The notes: a model not told the origin generated them from the letters alone. A stretch of 50,604 nt of DNA from Balanoglossus misakiensis (GCA_040954595.2 JBECUI020000057.1:1-50604); one strand, 5' to 3'; positions 18,825 to 29,792 are shown, counted from the stretch's first letter. Numbers and translations: made by a program.

Positions 18825-19513
18825 TTCCTCTCCTCCTTAGACGTAATAATTCCATCTTTCATGTGAAAGATTTCATCAGCATATTCTACAATAAGAGGAT
18901 CGTGGGTACAAAAAACAAAGGTTACTCCCTTCTTTGTTTTTAGCTCCTTCATGAGTTCAAGTACCTTGATGCTTGTTTTTGAATCCAGATTTGCTGTCGG
19001 TTCATCTGCAACCACAACAATCGGATCCATTGTCATAGAACGTGCTATGGCGACTCGTTGTTGTTGCCCACCGGATAGTTCGTTCGGTCGTCGCTTGACA
19101 AAGTCACTCAGACCTACTAAATCAATCATTTCCAGTACTTTTTCATGCATCTCGGCTTTCGGCACCCTACATATTCGCATGGGATATGCGACATTCTCAA
19201 AGACATTCAAGACAGGAATGAGGTTAAAGCTCTGAAAAATGAACCCGACCTTACGCGCTCGAAAACGTGCCAATTCATTACTTGTCTGTGTTGACAGCAA
19301 GACATTATCAACCCGAATTTCGCCGAAGGTGGGAACGTCAATCGCACCTATCAGGTTCAAAGTTGTTGTTTTTCCACTTCCTGAAGCGCCGATAATGGTC
19401 GAAAACGTTCCGCGTTTCACTTGTAAGTTGACCCCTTGCAGTGCTGGTATCTCAATTTTTCCTAACAAATACGTTTTTTTGACATCCGTCAGTTCTACAG
19501 CATACTCACTCAT
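18821..19513 (-). CDS. LolD/MacB-like ABC transporter ATP-binding protein
   Basis: GASGSGKTT, VGFIFQSFNLIP, LSGGQQQRVAIAR, ADEPTANLD, CTHD. Confidence 0.95.
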   Translation of the reverse strand: MSEYAVELTDVKKTYLLGKIEIPALQGVNLQVKRGTFSTIIGASGSGKTTTLNLIGAIDVPTFGEIRVDNVLLSTQTSNELARFRARKVGFIFQSFNLIPVLNVFENVAYPMRICRVPKAEMHEKVLEMIDLVGLSDFVKRRPNELSGGQQQRVAIARSMTMDPIVVVADEPTANLDSKTSIKVLELMKELKTKKGVTFVFCTHDPLIVEYADEIFHMKDGIITSKEERK

Positions 19514-19534
19514 TATAAAACCCTCCGTTTTTCC

Positions 19535-20293
19535 TTAGTATTCTTTTTGCAATAACTCTTTTGCCTGTTCCGCAGCAAGAGAACCGGGTGCAATTTTCAT
19601 AATTGCCTGGTAATATCGTTCTGCAACCGTCATGTTTCCTTGTTTTTTTTCTATTCTCGCCAATGCGTGATAGATTGCCGCAAGAAATTCAACCATGTTT
19701 TGCTGTTTTTTTGGATCTATCTCCTTAAATGCTTCCAGACTCAGTCTGATTTCAGTCTGGGCTTGCTTCGATTCTTTAAAGAATGCCGGTAAGTCGCTAA
19801 AGAAACGTCCTCGAAGAAAATGAATGTAGGAAGTATCCAAAGTACTGCGTTCCTTATTGTCCAATGCAGTCTGTAATGTATTAATGGCCCGAGAAGCAAG
19901 GGAGCCCTTTGCAATGGGATTGATCGTGTCTCTTGCCACTATCGATTCCGATGTTCCCTGCAGTGCAAGTATGACCGGATGGGGTAGCGTTTTTCTTGCT
20001 TCAGCAAAATGACTCAGCGAACGCTTTATCATGTCATTCGTATCTTCAGTTTGCAGAACTATGCCAAGATACATAGATCCCAGTAGCGCATGTTCATAGG
20101 CTGTAAGGGTGGATTGGGCTTCTAGTTTCGCACTCCGTTCTTGTAGCACGTTAACCCGATAGCCGCCCGTTAAGCGAAATAATTCGTCAACTTCATTCTG
20201 CTCCAGTGAAAAAGCAGGCACGCCCAGTAGACTAAATGCTCCGAGTAAACCTACACATAACCAAAAAATTCTTAGAACACTTACTTTTTCCAT
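19535..20293 (-). CDS. secreted TPR-like helical protein (paralogue of 20301-21035)
   Basis: Signal peptide. It shares LGSxYxGI, LALQGxxExxxARDxINP, YIHxL, PxF and IAPxSxxA with its neighbour. Confidence 0.7.
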   Translation of the reverse strand: MEKVSVLRIFWLCVGLLGAFSLLGVPAFSLEQNEVDELFRLTGGYRVNVLQERSAKLEAQSTLTAYEHALLGSMYLGIVLQTEDTNDMIKRSLSHFAEARKTLPHPVILALQGTSESIVARDTINPIAKGSLASRAINTLQTALDNKERSTLDTSYIHFLRGRFFSDLPAFFKESKQAQTEIRLSLEAFKEIDPKKQQNMVEFLAAIYHALARIEKKQGNMTVAERYYQAIMKIAPGSLAAEQAKELLQKEY

Positions 20294-20300
20294 ACTTCTG

Positions 20301-21035
20301 CTACTCCTCTAAAAGTTTTTTTGCCGAATAAGAATTCGGTGCTATTTCTTGAATAATTTTCGCATATTTTTCTGCAGCTTGCTCGTCGCCTCTCTTTCGT
20401 TCAAATTTACGAAAGGCATAATAAATAGAGGCAAGGAAGCCTTGCTGCTCTTGTTGAGTTTTTGTATCTAGCTCATTAAAACTTTCGAGAGCTTGCTGTA
20501 ATTTTCTTTCCGCTGACCCGCTTTCCGGTATAAAACCTGGGACAGCCATAAAAATATTTGCACTCAACAGATGAATATAGGTTGGAACAAGCGGATCCGG
20601 ACTGGCAGATGCTTGTTGGTTTGCATCATTCAACTTATTGACGCCTTGTGCCAGACTCCAGAGTTTTCTAAAGGGATTGATAGAATCTCGTGCAATAAAT
20701 GTCTCTGTCATTCCCTGTAAGGCAAGGAGGAAGGGGTCGTTCAATGCTTTTATCGCGCTTCCAAGCAGATCATAGGCTTTTTCGGCATCTTTTATTGCTC
20801 CGGGTGTTTGACGAGCAATGCCCGCATAGATGCTGCCCAGCTGAGCACGATCAACCGCAGTTAGATCTTGCTTATTCTCCAAGTTGGCAGCCAATAACCG
20901 CAAATCTTCAACTGATACGCTTCCGGCATAACTCATGAGATCCGATAGAGATTCATTCGCCCCAGTTACCTGTAATGCTATAATTACACAGTAGAAAAAA
21001 ATTATAGTTTTACGAACAAAGCTATTAGTCAACAT
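20301..21035 (-). CDS. secreted TPR-like helical protein
   Basis: The probable start is the ATG at 21035 after a GAGG RBS. Signal peptide present; paralogous to 19535-20293. Confidence 0.7.
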   Translation of the reverse strand: MLTNSFVRKTIIFFYCVIIALQVTGANESLSDLMSYAGSVSVEDLRLLAANLENKQDLTAVDRAQLGSIYAGIARQTPGAIKDAEKAYDLLGSAIKALNDPFLLALQGMTETFIARDSINPFRKLWSLAQGVNKLNDANQQASASPDPLVPTYIHLLSANIFMAVPGFIPESGSAERKLQQALESFNELDTKTQQEQQGFLASIYYAFRKFERKRGDEQAAEKYAKIIQEIAPNSYSAKKLLEE

Positions 21036-21046
21036 TTTTATGCCTC

Positions 21047-22501
21047 TTATATTCCAAAAGTTACGTCTAGCGCCCACGTCCAGATTTCACCATCCGAATA
21101 CCCGAGTAGTCTTTGACCAAATCCAAACGATACATCAATAGTCAAAAAAACTGGGGACAAAAACTTTACTCGAGTTCCCAGACCGGGTGCAAGTCTAAAG
21201 TTTTGCGGCAGTGAAGCAAATTTTTGTGCGGTCCCACCATAATCAAGGAAACCATACAAATCAAGAGCCACAATAGAAATCTCAAGAACTCGAAGAATGT
21301 ATTCCGCTTTCAACAAGAATACGGACTTGCCATAGGAAATCTCGTCGTCGTAAAATGCTCTTCGTCCCCATAGAACGCCTGAATCAATACTTGCATGATT
21401 AACCGAAAACTGTTCACTGTACGGTAGATCGCCGTAGCTTGCTCCTAACCGTGTTTGTAACCGGACGATGTTCGGAATGAGCAATTTATATCGTATGCTC
21501 ATATCAGTTTTAAGATCTGCACGAAAATAATAAAGGGGATTAGCACCGTCTACCGCTAATCCATTGCGAAGTGCAAGACCAAGATATAGATTTCTTCCCC
21601 AATCACCGTACGAAACATCTGAGGAATAAACAAGAAAAGGGCTCATAGCCACACGTACGGTTCCCTCATTCAGGTTACCTGGCAGATTAAGCATTTGATC
21701 GACAGCACGGGTCTTGTACGACACCCAATCGTCTATCCAATCGTAGTATACTCCCGTACGTACTCCGATAGCGAGTTCACTATGTGGATATACCCCTAAT
21801 GCAAAGGAGGAGGCGAGGGTGTGAAAAGAGAAGTCGTGCCTGCTTAGAATGGGATGCTCCCAGAAATGGTAGGCATCAATATCATAAAAAAGCCATGTTC
21901 GTCCAAGAGAGTTCTCTGTACCCCCTAAATTTGCAAGAGTATTATTACGGTAATAAAATCTTAACTTATTAAATCCGACAGTTCCCATGATGCCTTGATC
22001 TTTTCCAAACAAGTTGTCCATGCCGAATCCGGCAAAAATACTCCCTGCAGCAAATCGCATGCGAACACCATCTTGAACAAGAATCTTTACCTCTATGTCC
22101 GTAACATCATCACTTGTGCCAAGAACCGACCATGAGTACCACACTGTTCCATAATAGGTGGAACCCTCTAGCTGCTGCTTTGTTAATTCAAGAAGCTCTT
22201 CCAACTTGTGTAGAGGATATAGATCTTGTTCTCGTATCGGCACTTTACGCATAACAGTTGTAAACTTTGTATCGTCGGGTACCTTGGGATCGGAACTGGT
22301 ACCCCTGTATGGGAGATCATTAATAAAAACAGTTAGTGTTTGTACACGTACCAGTGAAGTAGGAGTTAATGCTTCTATCGATTTCTCTTGTTCCTTCTTT
22401 AGAGTGTCGACTTCTTCTAGAACATCAAATAAAGAAATTTCTTGTGCAGGAACACAAATCAAAACAAGGCTCATTAAGCAAAATATTAGAATAACTTTCA
22501 T
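21047..22501 (-). CDS. Omp85 superfamily (BamA/TamA-like) protein with a single POTRA-like domain
   Basis: Signal peptide (MKVILIF), a POTRA-like segment (TVMRKVPIREQD...QQLE...VKILVQD), barrel entry GMDNLFGKDQ and C-terminal LYGFLDYGG...GLGTRV...TIDVSFGFG...WALDVTFGI. Confidence 0.72.
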   Translation of the reverse strand: MKVILIFCLMSLVLICVPAQEISLFDVLEEVDTLKKEQEKSIEALTPTSLVRVQTLTVFINDLPYRGTSSDPKVPDDTKFTTVMRKVPIREQDLYPLHKLEELLELTKQQLEGSTYYGTVWYSWSVLGTSDDVTDIEVKILVQDGVRMRFAAGSIFAGFGMDNLFGKDQGIMGTVGFNKLRFYYRNNTLANLGGTENSLGRTWLFYDIDAYHFWEHPILSRHDFSFHTLASSFALGVYPHSELAIGVRTGVYYDWIDDWVSYKTRAVDQMLNLPGNLNEGTVRVAMSPFLVYSSDVSYGDWGRNLYLGLALRNGLAVDGANPLYYFRADLKTDMSIRYKLLIPNIVRLQTRLGASYGDLPYSEQFSVNHASIDSGVLWGRRAFYDDEISYGKSVFLLKAEYILRVLEISIVALDLYGFLDYGGTAQKFASLPQNFRLAPGLGTRVKFLSPVFLTIDVSFGFGQRLLGYSDGEIWTWALDVTFGI

Positions 22502-22770
22502 TACTTTCCTTTCTCTTTCCTTCTCTGACACAGTTGGACAACAGTCAACAAATACTTACTTTGTTAAACAATTATTAACGTTGAAAGTTACATTTTCATA
22601 TTTTGAATATGAAAAATCAGTCTGTTTTTCTGTTTAAAAAAGTATAACATATACAATTAATTAAATAACTTATAGTTAATTATAATGCAAAACCCTTATG
22701 GCGTCAATACAAATTTAAGATACTACAGTTATGAATATACAAGAAAAAGCACTTGTGTTATTATTTTCGT

Positions 22771-23532
22771 ATGCCTATTGCTGCTTTATCGGATAGCCAT
22801 TGCCATCTTTCCCTGCTTAGGGCAGAAGTTCGTGCGACTAACCTAGAAATTTTTGCACAGCATCCGCATGCATTCTTGCTGGATGTAGCAATTGACCCGA
22901 CTTTTCCGGCATATGTCAGTGATATGAAAGAAAAATATCCATTTTTCCACTATTCGCTCGGGATACATCCCGGTTCGGTAGAAGATGCAAATACCGAAAA
23001 CTGGTTACGAGCAATAGAACATGACCCTAAGGATGCTGTTGCTATTGGAGAAACAGGACTTGATAAATATAAGTATGCACATAGCTACGAAAAACAATGT
23101 GAAGTATATGAGGCACAGATCCGGATAGCCGAAAAACATTGCCTACCAGTAATTATTCATAATAGAAATGCCGATGAGGAGGTGCTGGATATGCATGCAG
23201 GACGATGTCGGGGTGTTTTGCATTGCTTTAGTGGTTCCAGTTCCTTTGCATTCCGTGCACTTGAGCAAGGATTGTATCTTTCTTTTTCAGGAAACATCAC
23301 CTATCCAGCAAATACAGGACTACGTGAACTACTCCCCTTGATCCCAGCTGATCGCATACTCGTCGAGAGTGATGCTCCCTTCCTTTCCCCACAAAGCAAA
23401 CGCGGAGAAAAAAATGAACCACGCTATAATAATGAAACTGTAGAACTCATTGCACGATGCCGCAACATGGCAATAGAAGACTGCGCTGAAATGCTCTATC
23501 GAAACTGTTATCAGCTATTTCAAAAAATATAA
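22771..23532 (+). CDS. tatD: TatD family hydrolase
   Basis: DSHCHL, GIHP, AIGETGLD, PVIIHNR, VLHCFSG, SFSGNITY, ESDAPFLSP, NEP. Confidence 0.95.
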   Translation: MPIAALSDSHCHLSLLRAEVRATNLEIFAQHPHAFLLDVAIDPTFPAYVSDMKEKYPFFHYSLGIHPGSVEDANTENWLRAIEHDPKDAVAIGETGLDKYKYAHSYEKQCEVYEAQIRIAEKHCLPVIIHNRNADEEVLDMHAGRCRGVLHCFSGSSSFAFRALEQGLYLSFSGNITYPANTGLRELLPLIPADRILVESDAPFLSPQSKRGEKNEPRYNNETVELIARCRNMAIEDCAEMLYRNCYQLFQKI

Positions 23533-23560
23533 ACAAAGGCGTACAATGTACGCCTTTGTT
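23532..23560. terminator. bidirectional terminator hairpin between convergent genes
   Basis: Perfect 14-bp inverted repeat AACAAAGGCGTACA-A-TGTACGCCTTTGTT. Confidence 0.8.
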
Positions 23561-23581
23561 ACAGAAATAAAAGCAAGAGCT

Positions 23582-24502
23582 CTATTGATACTCTGTGTAG
23601 TTGTCAGGGGTTACCAATTCAAAGGGAATCCAGACTTCCGAATCAATGGGAGCACCTGTCAAAACCTTGTGAGCGGCATCGACAGAACCGGCACCTTGTG
23701 CACGAGCATTCTGGAATACCGTACCATCTAACAGTCCTTCTGCCATGAATTGTAGTGCATCAGGAGTAGCATCAACACCAAAAACCATAACCCTATCCTT
23801 GAGATTTGCTTCTACTAATGCTTGAACGGCACCTATTGCCATTTCATCATTATTAGCAGCAATAACATTTATAGGTTCACCGGCAATAATCCAGTTCTCT
23901 ACAACCTGAATTGCATCAGGACGACGGAAGTTTGCTACTTGCTTGCGTACAACCTTCATACCACTGGTAGCAGCAACGATGTCCTCAACTGCCTGTGTTC
24001 TCTTAATGGCAGGATCTGTTCCTGGAAGTCCTTCCAAAATAGCAACGGTTCCTTGACCATTAAGCACTTTCACAAAGTACTCAGCCTGCTGACGTCCGGC
24101 ATCATAATCATCCGAACCTACATAAATCGCTCCCTGAGGAAAGTTGGAAGGAAATCTGTTTACATATACAAGTTTAATGCCTGCATTAAGTGCAGCCTCA
24201 CTCATAGGATCTGTTGCAGAAGTATTCACCGCATGAATAATAATTGCATCAAAACCCTGTGTAACAAAGTTCTCTACCTGAGAAAGTTGAGTCTGTGGAT
24301 CACCTTTACCGTCGGCAAGGGTCAGATCAAGACCTAACTCAACTGCTTTCTCACGAGCAGCATCCATTAAGTACTGCATGAAAGTATCATCAAAATCCGA
24401 AATACACATGCCAACGCGTAATGTCCCGCTCTCTGTGGTGCCTGCAGCAAATGCATTGCCCACAAGAGTTATAAACATTATCAAAATAACAAATAAGCGC
24501 AT
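23582..24502 (-). CDS. sugar ABC transporter substrate-binding protein (RbsB/LacI-like fold)
   Basis: Signal peptide, DDTFMQ, QLSQVENFV, YVGSD, ANNDEMAIGA, GVDATPDAL, TVFQNA, IPFELVT. Confidence 0.92.
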   Translation of the reverse strand: MRLFVILIMFITLVGNAFAAGTTESGTLRVGMCISDFDDTFMQYLMDAAREKAVELGLDLTLADGKGDPQTQLSQVENFVTQGFDAIIIHAVNTSATDPMSEAALNAGIKLVYVNRFPSNFPQGAIYVGSDDYDAGRQQAEYFVKVLNGQGTVAILEGLPGTDPAIKRTQAVEDIVAATSGMKVVRKQVANFRRPDAIQVVENWIIAGEPINVIAANNDEMAIGAVQALVEANLKDRVMVFGVDATPDALQFMAEGLLDGTVFQNARAQGAGSVDAAHKVLTGAPIDSEVWIPFELVTPDNYTEYQ

Positions 24503-24605
24503 ATTTACGCCTCCTTAAAATATTTATTTCCATCATTATACTATAGATAGAATCTTTTATGCAATACAAGTGCGTGATTTTTATAAAAACATTCTTCTTT
24601 CTCTA

Positions 24606-26003
24606 TCAATACGATTGCATACTATGATGCTTGCAAATATACTTGCCTGCTTCCTCCGGAGACTGTACATCACCGACTGCGATAGACTGGATAAGAATGT
24701 TTCCCAATGCCGTAGCTTCGCCGAGACCGAAATGAATATTCATGCCTGTCTCGGTTGCCAGCATACTGTTGAGTGCAAGGTTTCGACTTCCCCCGCCTAC
24801 AATGTATACGGTATTGTATTGTTTATTGTTCAACCGAATACATCTTCGATGGTTTGCACATACAGGTTAACTAGCCCCTTATATATTGCCTGCCAATATC
24901 TCCTGTGGAGTTGTTGGTACCCTCTGGCCCTTCTGTCTGCAATATTCTTGTATGCGTTCGGGCATAGGACGATCCATGTTATTCGGCTGAAAGAAAAATA
25001 GAATCGGAGGGATCAATAATAGCATCAGACGAACCTGCTGTTCTTACCATTTCCATCGCTGCCCGAATCGATACATTGATTCCCATATCTCTCCATGCTT
25101 GCCGACATTGTTGCTGTATCCACATGCCCATAATGTTCTTTACAAATCGAATTTTTCCATCTACTGCCTTCTCGTTGGTGAAATTGCATTGAAATGATTG
25201 CTCGGTTACGAGTGCCTTATGCCGAATAGCACCGATAATTGACCATGTTCCACTATTTACAATTATTACATCCTGCCCGGCAATAGCAGTAACGGTTGCA
25301 AATGCACTGGCAGTATCATGTGTTCCAACGCTTATTAATGATACTTTTCTGCCTGCTGCCAGTTCATTATCAAGCATTCCAATTTTTGTGCCGGGTGTTA
25401 CGGGAGAATAAAAATGTCTGTCATTTAATTCGAGTGTTTTGAGAACCTCTGTCGACCATGTATTTTTATGTGGATTATATAACTGCGTTCCACCGGCATG
25501 GCTTACCTCGTTGACGGGTTCCGCACCAAGCCAGTAGTATACTAAATCGGCTATGGAGAGATATCTCTTGCTACAGCGTAGAGCTGCGGCTGTTGGATTC
25601 TATGGGCATAGAGTTGATAACTGTTATTAAAGGGATACGGGAGTATTCCAGTTTCACGATATAAGTTCATCGGAGAAATTAGATCATGCACTGCCTGCAT
25701 AGCTAATTCTCCGCGTGTGTTTCGATAATGGTAGGGCAAAGCAAGAATCTGACCGGTTTCATCAAGAAGCACATAGTCCGCTCCCCAGGCATCAATGCCT
25801 ATGCTTGCTACTTCATACTGCTGAAGGGCGTCACGAATCCCTTGCTTTATTTCTTCAAAAATCCGAGTGATGTCCCAGAACATGCTTCCCTGAATAGTGG
25901 AAACGTACGTAGGGAAGTTTCGTATTACCTGAAAATTTTCTAAATTGCCTGCAATGACGCGGACATGGGATGCTCCCATATCAATTGCTATGTGTGTTTT
26001 CAT
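24606..26003 (-). CDS. rhamnulokinase-like FGGY carbohydrate kinase, frameshifted
   Basis: AIDMGAS, SIGIDAWGADYVLLD, YHYRNTR, GTHDTASA, NSGTWSIIG, FTNE, KNIMGMW, VGGGSRN, EATALGN. Confidence 0.85.
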
Positions 26004-26016
26004 GTTGTTATACCTC

Positions 26017-27289
26017 CTAACTAAATATCGACGGGGCATGTGCGAGCATGTATGCTTCTGCTTCTTCGTTCCAAGTATTGTTTCGTGCTGCTACCCGTTC
26101 GTAGAGTCCCTGCAAGAAGGGGCTCTCCCTTCGTATATCCTCTAATCTATCAAGTGCAATCAGGTCCATCTTCTTCTGCGTGTAGATAAGTTTTTTCCCT
26201 CCTGGTAGCTCCGGTAAGCGCATGGTGCTGTCAATAACGGCATTGAGTCCGCCAATATGGGTTATGATAGTAGCAGGGGATATCACCTTTTTTCCATCAT
26301 CGATAATGCTTTGCACATGTCGCTAATGTTGCCGCCTGTGGTTGCTACAAAATGCGAAAAGGAATAATGCAGGTTGTAAAAATTAATGGCCGCACTAAAA
26401 TCCTTGTTCGGCGGGCCAGCAAAGAAGTTCAGACAGCCATCCCGTGCAAGAATTCTATCTCCCAGTTCTACTAAAGAAGGGTCGGGATACATAAGAAGAA
26501 TGTCATCATATCCCTTTCCCTCACTGACAGCAAGCAAGTTCTGAAAATCGTTTTTATTGGTGGATAGTACATACTCAAGGGTTATGCCTTGTTTTGCTGC
26601 CTTCTTTGGTGAATAGAGATGCTCAAGATGGGATAACTTTGATTGCGTCCTTCCGGTAACGACAAGTAGCCTGGGTCTTGGTTCTGCATGCAGTATGTAT
26701 TCTATTGCCGCCATGCCCATGGGGCCGGTTCCAGCGAGAAGGGCAAAATTGCCGTTCGGGCGTATGCCCATTGTATGCCCATAACTTCCGTACACGGTGT
26801 GATAAAATGCCTGAAAACGCACCGATGACACAAGAAAAGGGCTCTGCTAATGCTGCCGGGAAATAACTTGTTCCATCAAAGGGGATAAGTCCATCCATTT
26901 CTATTATTTCATTGGGAATGATGACAGTAGTTGCATCGCCCCTATGGTGGGAAAAGAATAGCCGGGGGCATCCAGTTTGTCGCTGTAGGCAAGCGCTGGT
27001 TGAATTGTAAATTTCTGACCGATATGAAACTTATCTGCCCATGCTTTTCCTACTTGCAGTATATTGCCTGCAAATTCATGCCCTACAATGACCGGATAGT
27101 CAGCGACATTATCGGGAACCCGAGTGTGCGCTGCACCAAGAAGGGCGGCCTTACGCGTTGACGTACAGAGGCTATCACAGATAATTTGAGCAAGAATTTC
27201 ATTGTCAGCTAGTGGCGGAAGATCAAAGCTATCCAGCCGAATATCCCCTGCCCATGAAGTCTGACGGCGGTTGTTCGAATCAAATTCAT
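26017..27289 (-). CDS. zinc-binding dehydrogenase, L-sorbose-1-phosphate reductase (SorE)-like, frameshifted
   Basis: AVRLHG, DSLCTST, GHEFAG, FTIQPAL, LAEPFSCVIGA, GPMGM, DGCLNFFAGP, NFYNLHY, THIGGLNA, LPGGKKLIY. Confidence 0.82.
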
Positions 27290-28398
27290 GAAAGCATCTC
27301 CTGACCACCAGTTACAGGCATTGCCTGTCCGGTTCAAATTTCTGTGTTATGAGATAGAATACTGCATGCACAACATCCTCTACGCGACAACCGCGTTGTA
27401 AAACTGAACCGAGTGGTGATTGTGCGAGATAATGCTTGCGGACATCCTTGATGTTTTTTGCACCGGGTACTTTGCCTACTTGAAAATATTTTTGAAAGAG
27501 TCCCGTTACCGGGTCCGACCATAGATCTCCGTCAAAGAAATTGCCTGGACAAACTGCATTCACCTTGATATTGTACTGTGCCAATTCTAGGGCAAAACTT
27601 TGACAAAGACCGATGCTGCCAAACTTACTGCCAGCATAGGCAAAGTTTTTATTGGATCCACGAAGTCCGGACTTCGAATTTATCTGTATGATGTCAGAAC
27701 TGTAGTTCTTATTTGCTACGTATTGCCATTGCATGATGGGGGAAAAATGTTTCACCAGAAGGTAGAACCCGGTATAGTTAACCTGCATGGTCCGCATAAA
27801 CTCTTCTTCACTGAGGTTATTAATGGAACCGGGAAGGGTTATGCCGGCATTGCTGATAAGAATATCCAGCCCCCGAATTTTTTCAGTATCTTGTCCATGC
27901 CGTTTTTTACCGAATCGGATGCACTAACGTCCATTTCCATTGCCCATGCTCTGTTCGTACCGGCGTTCAATTCTTCCGCAACAGTCTTGCTTGTTCATAG
28001 TTCATGTCGGCAATACAGACATGGGCTCCGGATGCAACGAGGGCACGTGCTATGCCCATTCCCAATCCCTGGGCGGCTCCGGTTACAAGTGCAAGTTTTC
28101 CGCATACTGCTGTGGGTGGTGTATGATCAATTTCCGAAATGCGAATAGTACCCAGCCCTGAGATCCCAAGGTGATGCGGAAGCGGGCTGTCTTTTAAGCG
28201 AGAAATCTGCTCCTGCAAGTATAGAAACTCTTTCGGAAGAGATCTAAGAAGGTCTTCGGGTTGCGATATATGTGCTAATGCTTGCAATGAAAGAACTGTT
28301 TCCGTTTCAGCATTTCTTCCTGATTCTATTCGGACAGGAAGAGGTGCATACAGACCTCGAATTAGCGGGAGCATTGTTTGAAGTATTGTAGTGCTCAT
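27286..28398 (-). CDS. SDR oxidoreductase, sorbitol-6-phosphate 2-dehydrogenase (SrlD)-like, with an N-terminal extension; frameshifted
   Basis: ALVTGAAQGLG, ISNAG, VNYTGFY, IQINSKSG, NFAYAGSKFG, VCPGNFFDG, TGQAMPVTGGQEM. Confidence 0.82.
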
Positions 28399-29715
28399 GT
28401 CTTACACCCCAGAAAGGCAAGTGCTGCCTTGTCAGAAAAAATGTTTCCTCACCAAATGATCAAGGGCTTCCCCCTTCCCAGCCCTCTTCCTATGCAACTG
28501 TAGCTATTAAGTAGATCTGATGTATTGGCAGATTGCCGGAAAAGAGCAAAATTACGGTTGCGTTCTGCAAGTTCTTCGTGTGCAATAAGGGCCCAGGCGG
28601 AATCTGCGAGCTGTTTATGCACTACGGTATCGGGACAGTTGAATGATTGACGGGGTGAATTTATATCAACGCCGCTTATTTCCATCCAATCATACTCTCG
28701 ACAGAGCTGTCGAATTTTTCCAGCTGCTCAGGTGTATTACGTGGCGGCATATAGGCAATTGCCCGGATTCCAACTCCATGAAACCATGCAAATAAGTCGT
28801 CCAAGTAGGCATCCTCATAGGAATTACTCAGTTTGTCCGTAGCCTCTCGGATGACATCACCTAAATACGGATAAACCGGTATGGCGCCAATATCCCATGC
28901 AAATTCTATAATGTCTTGGCAGGGTGGGCATTCGCTATTGTCGGGGCGGATGTAGAAATATGGGAGAAAGGAAGATTTCAGGATTCCAAGTAGGTCGTAG
29001 ATATAATGCTCATTTGTTTCGTCGATCAGATAGCGACGGATCCGGTCGGGGATGGGAATGGCAAGGCTCTTTTCAACCAGTCTACCAGTCTTTTACCCCG
29101 TCCCTGCTGTTCTGTTATTCGCTTTGCCAAGGCTGTGAGAATATGTCGTTCGGTTACTGTTCCACCTGATTCTACAGAACTCAAGGAAAGGACGTCCTTG
29201 TGAAAATCCAGGGGGGGAACGAATAATGTCTGTAGGTGCATATTTAATTTCATCAGCTGATTTTTGCTCCTTGCAATGCGAGCTTGCCGGATCGGTTTAA
29301 GGAAATCATCCAAACAAGCAAAGGATCTTCGGGGGATGCCGTGGATGAGCAGGTAGGCAATTCCTGTTGTATCGGGATTATTGAGATGCTTCTTCGCAAA
29401 GGGTGTGCCGTGAAAGTCCACACGGAGTTCTGTACCGACTGTGGCAGCTATGCCTATATGCTTCGCTGCTTCCAGAAATTCTTCTGCTCCTGCTATTGAA
29501 TCATGGTCGACAATGCCTGCTACTGCAAGACCTGCCTGCCATGCATTGAAGGCAGCACGAGAGGGAGTGTAGGGGCTAAAAGAATAAATGGTATGAATGT
29601 GGTTATTAACTTCTTCGGCCTTCTGTTTCTCCTGCCATGTAGTTGCCGTATTGCCGAAGTGCGTACTTCCTTCGACATGCTATCAAGATCATGCAAAGAG
29701 GCAGGAGTTTTTCAT
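28395..29715 (-). CDS. PHP-domain metallophosphoesterase-like protein, heavily frameshifted (ends approximate)
   Basis: EVNNHIHTIYSFSPYTP, GIVDHDSIAGAEEF, NNPD, GGTVTERH, PYLGD, AIAYMPPRNT, ISGVDINSPRQSF, AWALIAHE. Confidence 0.75.
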
Positions 29716-29792
29716 ACAATGATAGTATACTTTATTCTGCCTGAAAATACTAGCATTTCAGACTGGATATGTTGTCGGAGCATGGGGGCTTG

